In this document: in pieces, positions 40,001 through 54,608 of the stretch
Layout: each line of letters starts with the position of its first letter
Position numbering within the stretch: the stretch's first letter is position 1
Origin: Pelomyxa schiedti
Lineage: Eukaryota; Protista; Evosea
Reading direction: 5' to 3'
Assembly (NCBI GenBank): GCA_020536535.1
Contig: JAHLWZ010000842.1
Span: 17,718 to 81,717, forward strand
Length of the DNA: 64,000 bases
Notes under the pieces: generated by a model
Databases searched by the model: none
What the model was told of the DNA's origin: nothing
The model's input: only the letters and a program-made list of their open reading frames with translations
Made by a program: the position numbers and the translations under genes

Positions 40001-40131
40001 CAGCTATTCTAATGCTGCTCTATACCAAAATTATTGCCTGTGCCAGAGGGTTTGTCCCCATCTCAAATTCCGAACCTCACTCACTTCGAAACTCACAAAG
40101 GTTTTCCGGCCTGGTTGTAAAGAAAAGTTGA
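28072..40131 (+). CDS. VPS13: VPS13-family bulk lipid transfer protein
   Basis: Chorein-N (GDLCFENMNV...ALELPL...LLIPWNKL), PKAWWKYA, VAB repeats (FYSPCWIINNS), VDNQ...FPVVL, LGNPVGLF, GFAKGVGQG, C-terminal PH-like region; dozens of short introns, not all traced. Confidence 0.93.
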
Positions 40132-40258
40132 CCTGAACTTGGTTACACGCGAAGTAAAAACAAGTGCTGTAAATGGTAGACTAGAATAAAACTCCACTTA
40201 TTTTGTTGGTCTTGTCCCCACCCTTTTTGTGGATGAGTGTATACATTGGATAGGAGAG

Positions 40259-42924
<2,666 letters not shown>

Positions 42925-43057
42925 TTGGACCTTTTTTTTGGAGAAAAATGCAGGAAATAGATAACTCTTTGTTTTTATTGACTACTACAAGCATCAATCA
43001 CATCCACTCACCCCCACTCGCAGTCAAGTTCCCACTCCCGGCCCCACTCCACTCCCC

Positions 43058-43722
43058 TCACTCGGTTGGCCAGGCCGGCTCCTTGTTCCACGCCTCCCTC
43101 TCAATTGCCTCGTTGATCCACCTAAGGTGCCTCTTCTCGTCCTCCCAGCCCCCCTCGACCAGCTGACGTCGTCCGGCGCGGCGGTCCCAGTCCCGGCCCC
43201 CGGCTCCGTGCCCGTGGCCCACTGCACCACGTTCTCGTACGTCTTGTTGGTCAGCTTCTCGTTGGTCGACATGGCAGACATCATCGTGCGCGCAGACACA
43301 GTGCTGGCCATCGCCATCCCGCTGATCATGAAGCCCTTGAAATCCCTGGCAAATTTCGGTGGGGTTCCGCCATACTAGAGCATGGGGTGATGTCAGCTAT
43401 AAATACTTCACGAAAATCGATTATTATTAATAATTAGTAATTCCTTTAAACTTGCACAGACCTTGGTGACAAGAGTGGACATGTCTTCTACGTGGCGCAT
43501 GTGGTCTGCTTGGAAAGAAGCCAGATTGCTGCTTATCTCGCCTACAAATAAATATTTAGTGCTAAATCGAAAACTACAGTTAAACACACTAAGTTCAACA
43601 AAAGAAAAGTTGACTGAATTACCTTTGGGGACTTTCTGAACCACCAAGTCATAGGCATGCCATGCATCAATGTCCAAGTGGATCACTTCATTGAGTTTGC
43701 TGATGATAGTATCTGAATTCAT
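43058..43722 (-). CDS. Bacterial-type ferritin-like (DUF2383/PA2169-like) protein, frameshifted near 43163
   Basis: LNEVIHLDIDAWHAY...FQADHMRH...YGGTPP...DFKGF...NEKLTNKTY; the final EDEKRHLRWI helix is in a different frame; two GT-AG introns. Confidence 0.75.
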
Positions 43723-43910
43723 TGCCGCTATCTCGTTTTCCTTTCTTCTTGTCTCTTATTGTTCTCTCTGAAGATAGTGTGAGTTTTATGTTCTCATTAG
43801 CCAATAATGAGTAGTCAACGAGTAAAGGCAAATTTCGATTTTTTTCCCCAACTTTTAAACGACACATCAAAGTTGGCAAAACGGCAAAACGGTTTGGGTT
43901 CTTGTCCTCT

Positions 43911-44836
43911 TCATTCATCGTGCTTTATCATGCATGCTGTGTAGTTGTACCATCGTCCTGCTCTGGGAAGTACTTCCAAACGAGTGCTTACAGCAAGCTG
44001 TAAGAGTATTTTCACTGAGATTGTATCTAATGAGTCGGGAATACTACCTTCTTTATTATCATGTAGGGTGTGAAGTTTGGGTTAATGATAGAATCACTTA
44101 CTGCAATCACACCACCATTCCTTACAACCCTTGAACACTCAGAAAGTGCGGGTTTCATATCTTTCCTGAGCTCAGGCAAAACGCACACCATGACAACGGC
44201 ATCAAAATGATGTGACGCAAATGGTAGCTTTCTTACATCTGCAGTGAGGCATTTGATGTTGGCAAGTGAGTCTCTGCCCTTCTTTGCCACTTGGAATTTA
44301 GTAATGTTGTGAGAGAGTCTATTTATCATGCCCTTCTGGACATCAACAGCAACGACCTGAATAGTAAACAGCAGCCATCACAATAGAGTCAGGATGCAAA
44401 ATGAGTCAGTTAGGGTGCAAGAACAAGACCGTTGGTTGTTTGAAACAACAGCACTCACTTCAGAATTGGGTCCCAGAAAAGAAGCCAGAGGCAAGGTGAA
44501 GCATCCACCAGCACACCCAACTTCCAACACTCTCAATGACAGTGGTGAAGATAATGAAGAATGATGAGTCCCAGAATTCTTGGCTTTCCCAGAATAGCTG
44601 TGGCCCAAGACCCCACCACTATCGCTCCCATAATGACGCTCGACGGCAGCAGCGCTGCCGGGCAGGAGCAGAGGCGAGAGCGAGCGGCGGATCACGACGG
44701 TTGGCGATTGAAGAGACGCCCGGGCACGGGACTCGAACCACGACGAGAAAAACACAGGTGCTGGCGGTATCGCTGCCCGCGCCAGCGCCAACGAAAGCGC
44801 ACCAATCGACGCCACCGCTGGTCCCTTTACAATCAT
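43911..44836 (-). CDS. Class I SAM-dependent methyltransferase (UbiE-like)
   Basis: VLEVGCAGGCFT, VVAVDVQKGMI, ADVRKLPFASHHFDAV, LSECSRVVRNGG. Confidence 0.85.
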
Positions 44837-44906
44837 GGAACCGAAAACTTTCTTCTTCAGGCCTGAAGTTCTGAATCAAAAAGGGGTTATAGTGGGAGGG
44901 AAAAAA

Positions 44907-45147
44907 GTCTTAGGAAACTGTGAGGGCATGTTCAGAGGCGGCTATGTCAGAGGAAAAGCGTAGCCGCAAAAGCTGTCCGATGGCATCTGAGACGTAGTGA
45001 CGGAACAAAATCGAAATGGAGCCGAGTTTTGTTTGCTTTGGCGTCAGAGAGGGAACCTGGCGTTCATTATACCGCACGGGATATCGCCAGCCCTGCCGTA
45101 ATTGTGGGTGGGGGCTGTTCCTTTGAAATGATTTGGAACTTTTTTTT
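44907..45147 (+). ncRNA. Candidate structured non-coding RNA (family not recognised)
   Basis: Three consecutive stem-loop domains with G-U pairs favouring the + strand, ending in an 8-T run; no ORF. See findings. Confidence 0.45.
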
Positions 45148-45284
45148 CAATCGAATTCTAAAGAGAACAGAGGGCTAATTCCCGGAAGATCAGATCTTGG
45201 ACAGAAGACAACATAAAAGAAAAACAAACCACCATTGTTACGACGCGGTAGCCTCACCGGAGTGCTGTGTAGTTGTGTGGCAGG

Positions 45285-47201
45285 ATGATTAATATATGGC
45301 TGTTGGTGCTGATGATCGTATTTCCGATCGTCCTTCTTGCGGCGAACGTATACTTCATCGTGTATTTCCAGCACATCGACGATAAGTACGCTGCATGGGC
45401 AGCAAAGGCCGTAGTGGTACGTGCTTTTTGCAGCCTAGATAGGCTTTACAACTTGGTTTTTTCTTTCTCTTACTTTCAAAGTTGGTTAGCTTGGAACTCT
45501 CCGAATGTAGCATTCTGATGCTCCCTTTGGATGTACTTAGAATTCTAAGACGGACTCCAGCATTAACCTCCTTCCCAAGGTTGCAAACCGCGGCCCCCCA
45601 GACGGCGAAATTCCTATGGATATAATATGGCTAGTTGTTTACATCACAATGGCTGCCCTGGCAATTATAGTAGTTCCATTCTCCATGTTTTATTATGAAT
45701 CTGAGGAAGCAGAAAACAACTCGTATGACTTCCTAGTACTTGTTACACAATTAATTTTGTTTTAAGGATATGTAAGCAAATACGCGGTGGCATATGCGGG
45801 GTCGTAGTGGTTCTTATCATTTTCACGATCGTTTTTGTGGTGTCCTATATCTTCTTTGGTGTTGCTGAGGTTCCAGTACAGCGCTTACTCTGTGGCTCGA
45901 TATCGGATTTAATACCTACTTCTGATTGCCCTCAGGTACACTGAATCACGTTTGTCACACTTACTAACTCGGATAGTGTGCCAGTTCGAATATTAACACC
46001 AACATTAGAGTTAGCCCCGCCCTTTATGTAATTTCGACTGTAACATTCTTTGGGTTGACTCCTTACTTTCACTACTCTGACTCACTTTATTTCTCAGGTG
46101 GTTTTTAATGATTATTATGGGAGGGATTGGTCTTGCTGCCCTGCCATTCGATCTCATTGCAGATTTTAAATATCGACCTCGGACAATTAGTGAAGACACG
46201 TTAGGCGCAGGACATGGTTATCAGCTCTAACATTCCACAGCTTCACGAAGCACAAGCACGAACTCGCAAAGCAAGTTCTAGAACTCAAGAAAATTGGAGA
46301 AACTCTTAAAGACAAGAGAGTTCATGGAAAAATCAACGCCCGTAAATACCGTGAAAAGCTCAACGAATTTCGCCAGGTAAGGTGTTTATCTTCTCCTTAT
46401 TTAAGAAACTCATTAAGTTTAGTCTGTTTATCTTCTCGACTGGGAGTATCAGCGGTTGAAGGATTCTTATTCCTTCAAGGGAGTCAAGCTCTTCATCGCG
46501 CACGCAAAACTGGTTCTGGGATTTCTCAGGTAAATCACTTAGTACAAATGAATTTTTTACATGCCTCTGTAACACAATGTTTAGCATCGGTGTGACAATA
46601 ATGTGGATTTTGCATATCATTATTTACATGCCACCAAATGGTCCCATTGACCCTTTCCTAAATACTGTTGCTATTAAGCTGAATGACGCCTGGGGAATGC
46701 TTGGTACTATTTTTTACGGGATTATGGCATTTTATTTGCTCCTGTGTGTCATGAAGGGCACTTTCAAATTTGGCATGCGGTTCTTCTTTTTAATTCCAAT
46801 CTATCCCATGGAGTATGCCCTTCATTTCATCAACTTTTTTTTTCCCACACATACTTGCCAGAGTTGGACGAACAACTATGAGCGCTATGCTTTTTAACAC
46901 GGCATTAATTTTGATTGAATCCATGACAGTCACGCAATTTTGCACAGAAGCGTTTTCGCAATTCACACACACAACCGCAATCAACCGTATGCTTCTTGCA
47001 TAAAATCCAAAGACATAACTAACTGTGAACAAAGAAATGTTCTCCATGTGTGTCTACAACCTGAGGATCATAAAGTACTTCTGGATTTACTCACAATACG
47101 TACTGCTTGGCTTTATACCACTGACACTTATTGTTCTGTTCATCAAACCCCGTGATATACCTGCCGCATCTCAAGATGACCCAAGGTTTGATAAGGTTTG
47201 A
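45285..47201 (+). CDS. LMBR1/LIMR-family membrane protein
   Basis: [15 protein letters not shown]...LMLPLDVANR...PFSMFYYE...GGIGLAALP...[17 protein letters not shown]...IYPM...TTMSAMLFN. Confidence 0.9.
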
Positions 47202-47508
47202 GTTACAGGAACATTGTTGTTCCTTTTGTACATCTTGCCAGTAAATAGTACTTTTTAAAAAAAATTGCCCCCCACCCATCCACCAATCGGAGATCATAAA
47301 TTTCACACTTCGTTCGTGTTCCTTGTTTGTTGATTGCCCCATCATGGAGGTTAGAGTCAAGGGCTACTTTGGTTTGGGGTTTGCGTAGCTTCGAATCTAG
47401 GCAAGCTTCAAAGCTCCTTTCCGTTTTTGAACCGAAACGATGAGCGATTTAAACAAGAACAACACAAAACAAACTGCAGCCCAAGAACGCCCTTAGTGAA
47501 GTCTTGGA

Positions 47509-49479
47509 ATGGGTCACTTTTTGATTGGAGTTGCTGTGTTGCTATTTGCAGTTGCATTGGGATGTGGCATGTGTGGAACGGCTTCAGAGTGGTCTCAAAG
47601 GACAATTTATCAGTTGCTGACTGATAGGTTTGCAACTGCGGATGGGTCTTCTCCCAGTTGCTCCCTCTCAGACTATTGTGGCGGGAAGTGGGATGGAATT
47701 ACTGACCATCTCTCTTATATCAAGGGTGTGCGCTGCCACTCTCTGATTCATTGATTTAGTCATTTTGTAAGCTAGATATGGGATTTGATGCTATTTGGAT
47801 AAGTCCAGTTGTGAAAAATACTGCTGGTGGTTACCATGGATATTGGACACAGGATTTTTATTCCTTGAACCCCTACTTTGGTTCTGAAGCTGATTTGACC
47901 ACCTTTATAAAGGTGAGCTCCTAGTTCTAATATTCTCCCCTCAGACCAATAACCAGCTTTAGGCGTGCCACAATAACGGAATGTGGGTCATGTTTGACGT
48001 TGTTGCAAACCACGTTGGTGAGGCCCAATTTGTGCCGTTGGAACATTCGTAACTTAGTTTGATTTAGGAAATGTTGGTTATGATTATAGCTCCATAAATC
48101 CTTTCAACACAGCTACATACTACCACGACTGTTCTGGATGTCCCTCGGTAAAACCTCCAAGTTTATCTCTATTCTATATCTTACTTCTTTCAGAGCTGCA
48201 ATATTGAAAATTATTCCCTTCAGGACCAAGTTTGCTCTGCTTCACTTTTCCTTTCTTCCTTCTCACACAAGCCAAGGTTGAACATTGTAGGCTTTCCGGT
48301 ATGCCAGACTTGAACCAGTCAAACTCTTACGTGGAGAGCACACTCGATTCCTGGATACAGGACCTTGTCGATACGTATGATGTAGACGGTATTCGCATTG
48401 ATACTGTCCCCGAGGTACAGAGAGAATCACTAATGATTTACTTACTTTCAATAGGTGGCAAAGTCTTTTTGGACTGGGTTCCAGGCTTCAGCGGGTGTTT
48501 TCGGAATTGGCGAAGTGTACGATAGTAGAGTCGATTATGTTGCTGGATACCAGGGCTATGTTGACTCTGTGCTTAGCTATCCAATGTTTGACACTTTGAG
48601 AGTATGAAGAATCGTCCAAGAATATCTAATCAACAATTGTTAGGGTGTATTCGAAAGTAAGAATTCTATGTATGATATACAGAATGAGCTCAACTCCTAT
48701 GCCTACTATTTTGCTGATATGTCTGTTCTTGGCAATTTTATCGACAACCATGACCAACCAAGGTTGGCAATAAAATTCCGCTCCCAGTTTCACCATAGCT
48801 AGGTTCCTCAATGGGCAAAGTGATTACTGGTTGTATAAAAACGCACTTGTCTATATCCTTATGGCTGAGGGAATACCAATTGTGTACTATGGAACTGTAA
48901 GGAATCCGAGTGTTTCTCAGTGAGCATTTATGTCGTAAAAATAGGAGCAAGGGTTCAGTGGTGGGAAGGACCCCAATAACCGAGAAACATTGTGGTCATC
49001 TGGGTATTCAAATACAACAGACTTGTACACTTTCATAAAAACGGTTGTAAATTACCGCAAGTCAGCCAAAGTTTGGAATCAGTCGCAAGTTCAGCGCTAT
49101 GCTGATAACAATTTCTACGCGTTTACGCGAGGAACTACATTCGTAGCATTAACTAACGGGTAGAATCTTATCTTTCTTGTTGTATTGTGGTGCTTAACAA
49201 ATCGTCAGAGGAGTGAATCAAGCAAGCATAACGAGAACAATAACTTACCAACCCTATTCTGTATGTAATTTTAAATTTCGAAAAAACAATCTAAAAAACC
49301 CCATTAAAAAAACAGGACGGAACGGAGCTATGTGATTTGTGTGCTTCCTACCTTTTCCTAGTGTTATCTAACCCAAAGACAATACAAGGTTCTATCCAAC
49401 TGATTGTATTTATGTGGAAAACGGCAAATTCGATGTGGTTCTCCTCCATGGAGAACCCAAGATATTCTACCCTGTCTAA
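47509..49479 (+). CDS. Secreted alpha-amylase (GH13, Taka-amylase-like)
   Basis: Signal peptide, [61 protein letters not shown]. Confidence 0.95.
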
Positions 49480-49512
49480 AAATGGAATAGTTCCACCTTT
49501 TCTTTTTTATTG

Positions 49513-52500
49513 TTACGCAAAGAGTGATCTGTAGTACTGGGAGAATGAGAGGTCATCGGTGCGTGGGAATTTTGCCACAAGGACAGCTCGTTCCTTGGGG
49601 AGCAACGACCGGAGCCCCGGAAATGACCAGAGCTGTTCCTGTTCAGTATCTTTGTGGCTGGGAATCAATCTGCTCCACAGCCACCTGGCATCAGAAACTC
49701 CTTCCTGTGATGGGCTTAGAAAAAAGGGACTTTGAATCACAAATACATACTTTTACAACAAGTACACTGGGCACAGGAAACCTCGTAGCGGAGCGTTGTA
49801 AGGCCAGGGACATGCAGGAACGGTGTAAAGACTCATGCTGTGCGGCTTCTGCCCCAATCCAGATGCAAATATCAAATTCGTGATCAAAAAATAGTACATT
49901 CCCTGACTGCATAGCAAGGTCTAGGGATGATCAGGAGAAGGTACAGAATTGAGGGCCTACCTTCCGGGGGAAGCTAATACAAATGTAAGAAAAGGAATTA
50001 TTGTGGGGGTTACTGTACCTGCTCAAATCTATCTTCTTTGGCTAAGAGAAGGTCAGGAATAATCATTCTTAGTGCAGACTCAGGAGGTGCCTAGAAGTCG
50101 TTAAGGAAAAAGATACAAATACCTTATGCACCTGTAAAAAGGCAATCCTTGCAGAATCTATATCGTCTCGGTGTTGCAAAACTTGCCCCAGAAGAGGGCC
50201 TCTCCTAGCCATAAAAAGCCTAAAGAGGTGTAATTTCAAAGTCTACATTTTGCAGAAAACCCCACAATAAAGGTAACGAGGAAAGGTGATCTGGAAGTAA
50301 AAATAATGCTCCCCGTTTTTCTCCACATGCGTAGGTTATGTTTCGTAAAGTGTTATCGCTAGTGAGATGCTTAGAAGTCACTAAAATCCCAACACATACA
50401 TTTTGTTCGGTGAAAAGTCATTCTCTGTGTTCCTTCTTGCCTTGAAAACGGTCTTTTTAATAAGGAGAAGAGCTGCTGTGTCAACATCCACACTCCGAAG
50501 AAATGAATTGCGGTTGGAGGTCACTGGAAGCCGGTAGGTACAGATTTCTGTCACTCTGATAATGCATGCTTGTTAATAGAGGAAAAATCCTTGTTACGTA
50601 CAAAAAATGTTTCACTACGTCTGTGTACTGCATGACAAATTGGAAGTAGGCATTTCCTTCACCTTCTTCAAGCATACCAACTATCTCAATGAAGATCTTC
50701 AAGATATTTAACCAGAGCTTAAAATCCAGGGATTGTGAGTACCGTATAACATGTTCTTCCATTAACACTACCAGAATTCCATTGGGCTGGGTTGTTTCGT
50801 TATACAAGGGATGTGCATAGAAGGAGATACTTGCACGATTGGGAGAATCTTGCACAGATGCTGGCCCAATCATCCTAGACACCTTATACAATAATTACCT
50901 TCAGTTCCCTGCAGAAAAGAAACATCAAACCTGGATTCCATCAGAGCATTTAATGGAGAATTGTCCTTTTTGGTGAAGTCCTTTCAAAGGAGAAGAGTCA
51001 ACTTCCATATAAAAAAAGGAAATATAGCACCATAAGTCATGAGAAGGGTCATATTGGTAAAAAACGTGGAATCAAATTGACGTATCAATAAGAGATGGCC
51101 TCCATTCACAGTAACCAAACTTTGCAGTTCAGGAATGCCGAATACTTGAAACCCCTTTAAGAGTATCGTCGTTATATTAAAGGCGAGAGGCCACTGTTGA
51201 AGCCATTGTTTTGCTGGTGGTTCATCGTTTTCAATTTTTAGTTGTTTAACATTAATCGCACCTGACAAAAACAGGTAATTGCTGCATTTCTGTGCATCGC
51301 AATTGTTGCTACATTGTTATAATAGTCCAAGTACCCCTGCCTCAGCTTCTGTGGTACCTATAACACTTGGAAAGAGACAGGGATACAAGAAGTAAAAACC
51401 TTTGGTCTAGAAACCAAATCAGCAAGAGAGCCAGGGCCCCAACTTGGGTAGCTGTTTGTGAAAACCAAGACATGGCTTCCCAAAACGAAATTTGTAGGTG
51501 TTGTTCCACTGGATAGCATCTCTGGAATTATGAGAACAGTAGGTATTTGGAAATTAAATTACCTTGTGAAGAAGTCAAAAGTGCTAATGCTATTTCTACA
51601 GCTGACCCAAGGCATCGTGGGCGGCTTGCAAGGGGTACCCGATTTTTATCTATTTCCATGAGAACGAAAATATTGAAAATTTTCTTCGAACTTATTTGAG
51701 AAGTAGAATGAATCAAGCACTTAGTAATAGTAGTTAAGTGACGGAGAGCACTGGATATTGGGCAGACATACTACAAGAGGATAATTAATATCTATATAGA
51801 TTTTTTGGGCCTACCTGCAATGCCTTTGATGTATAAGGCTTAATGCTGGCCAGTGTTGGAGAGACATTGCCTTTATTTTGTTTGAAAGATTATAATCTTC
51901 ATAACAGTACTTTTTCTATTTCGTACCTGGTACTACATCAGCAGAAGCAAGTTTATTATTTGCAAGCTGGTAGAGTGATATTGCATTATCAAATGTTGCG
52001 AAGCCAATGCATGCACTTCCTTGAACAACAGATAGTGCCCGCAAAATGTGTCCACACAGTTCCTTGATCTCGTAACTTGCAAATCTAAAAACGTGCCAAA
52101 ACCTCCATTTCAGGACCAGGAAAGTTCGCGTCAATAAGGAAGAAGAAAAGCATGGTGCCCTCAGAGGAAGAACATGAAGCTCCCCCACTGAGAGGTTGGA
52201 GATATTTGACAGTACTTGAAGTCTGGTGAAAATCTGGCATAGCTCGGGGAACAGGATTTGTGTACCTGCAGAATACACAGTTCCATTGACCTAGGGGTGT
52301 AAAACGACTATACAATTAAAAACGCCTGCAGTCCACCAAAGGGAAAAGTTTCAAGGGTAAGGAAAAACCTGAAGTTTGGTCAGGTTCTGAAAAAGTATTT
52401 GCAAAAGCGCCACAGGAAGCACAAGGAATAGGGGCATGGTTGATCACATTGCAACATTTCACACTGACTCCTGTGTAAAAACATTGAGCACTTCTGGGCT

Positions 52501-52888
52501 TTTTTTCTTCTGGTTGTATTGCGTTTGGGTTCGGGATTTTCCCACTCACACACCAGGAGTGTACAACATGCCAATAGGGACACCACATGACTTGGCCATA
52601 TCCATGTACTTTGGAATCTGTGACGCCCCAAACACAACAGTGTTCTCCAGAGCACAACATCAGTATTTTGTTTAAACAACACAACACAACACAACACAAC
52701 ACAACACAACACAACACAACACAACACAACACCAAAAAAAAACCTACAGGAGCAGAGGGTAATTCTACATCGCAAGGAGGTGGTGGTGCCGGTGCCATGT
52801 CACTTGGCACAGCATCGTCCGCGTAGACACAACCACCGTTAACACCGCCGACATCCACACTCCCCTCAGTGGGACAGGTGCTGCTCAT
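49513..52888 (-). CDS. Sec23-like COPII protein (divergent, resembles the plant SEC23A type)
   Basis: Zinc finger CASCGAFAN...WNCVFC; trunk FFFLIDA; C-terminal DLAMQS...DH...IWIG...ARWLWSRLIPSHKD...EQ...FP.LR...TDDLSF. Confidence 0.85.
52676..52730. repeat. (ACACA)n pentanucleotide microsatellite, intronic
   Basis: About 11 tandem acaca/caaca units. Confidence 0.9.
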
Positions 52889-53876
52889 TATCAGTGATGC
52901 AGGTCCCTCAGGCCAACGACGGACCGACCGGTGTAATGTAGAACCAGAATTCGATTTATCTGACTGAATCCTGGGGCTCACTTTTCATTTTTTGGGTGTT
53001 TGTATCTTGGCATGTGATGCTCCTCAGAGGCTGGAAAGACCACGAAACGTAGAACGTGTCTGGTCCAGGGGTGGTCCAGACATTTCAGAATTTTCCCTTC
53101 ACAAGTACAAGGACCTTTTCTGCCCCAAATCCAGAAGTCTTTTGATCAAATCAACCAAAACGAAATGGGTAACCCTACAGGGCGCTGTAATACACCGAGC
53201 TTTTCCGTATTACAATACCAAGACCAAATCACTCAAACAATACGTAATTCAACACTCAATTTCAAGATTTCCCTGAAATCCAGTGCTACCAGAGCTAAAA
53301 CTCAGATAACTGAGGGGAAGGGGCTTTTGTTTCTCTTTCAACTGTCTCCAATCCGGCAACTCTTGGGTGAAAAAAACCCAAGAACTCACGAGAGAACAAC
53401 TAGCTAAAAGTTTTCCAACTTGGTTTTGATAATTTTTTCGTCCTTTAGAGATTTACCGTCCGACTTCTGAGGGTGCTCAGGGCCGACTCTGTGATTCCCT
53501 TTTTTGGGAAGTCATCACTTTCACATAGTCGAAACGAAGTCTGTTAGACGATGTGCCACAGAATTCATTCTCCCTTCTTGATGAGCGAAGTGTAAAATAG
53601 AATTATGAGGCAAGCTGTCTGTGATCGGCCATTTTGTACCATTTGCTGAAGTTGTTGATGTTTGCATTCGACATCTGTGACTGAACGGTTGTGAAGACAT
53701 ACATACGTCGATGCGCAATACAAATAGGAACACTGTTGTGATGCTCACGTGAATCAAGAACTCAGAGTGGTCGCACGAGCCTTTCCAACTTTGATTGTAC
53801 CTCGCCCTTTCTAAAGTGACACTGTGGCGAGGGGTGAAGCATTTCTATGAGTTCTATCCTATACAGATAGCGGAAA

Positions 53877-54506
53877 ATGACAAAACCAAGTTGGAAACAA
53901 AAGGGTAAAAACATTCCGTTCGACCAAGGGCTTGTAAACTCTTTGCCAGAACCCGAACCAACAGTCTGGACACACGCAATAAAAGCAACCAGTGGGCTAG
54001 TGGTGTATGAGGATCTTCATAGAGAGTTCTCGGAAAAAAGCTGGTCTGACCATCAAATCGTGCGAGTTTTGGTGACCCTGACCACGTTTTGTGCATGTGT
54101 TCTACTTTTTCAGGCATGAACAGGGACCGTTCCTTCCAGGGAAAATGGCCAAAGATAGGAAAGGAGAAAAGGGAAGAACACGTTTCTGGTGCAAACTTTT
54201 TGTTCTGTTTATAAGCTGTGCAGGGGTTTTATTTATGGAATCGAAACAACTTATGCACTGCAACGAGGGTTCTTCATAAGAGCACCTGCCATCCAAGTTG
54301 TTAACCTCACAATTCTCTCCAACCAGCGCTTCCGGGAAAACCCCAAAGAAGCTTTTTTGGAAAATCTTGAAGAAGATACGCGTAATCGGTCGGGTGGATC
54401 ATTGATCTCCCGAGCTGATCATTGCTGTCTAGGGAAACTGCTTGTTCAAGTAGCGGAAAAGGTAAGGTTGAGGGATGGGAAAAGCACGGTTGAACCCACC
54501 AGGTAA
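53877..54506 (+). CDS. Possible short hypothetical gene or gene fragment
   Basis: Two adjacent ORFs (80 and 105 aa) with splice-like flanks; no motif. Confidence 0.25.
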
Positions 54507-54608
54507 GAACTAAATTTTTGGGTTTTGGCTCGGAAAGGAAAATAATTGGCACAAAAACAAAAAACAAGCACAGGACACGCAGACCACGGCTCTTTCGGCC
54601 GGCAAGTA

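Noticed and set aside
44986-45081. TPP riboswitch (CTGAGA...GAACCTG...GGGA) or U1 snRNA (AATTGTGG...GTGGGGG)
   Set aside because: Spacing is wrong and the core motifs are missing (TPP UGAU/UAAU/GCG; U1 ACUUACCUG and the 70K and U1A loops).
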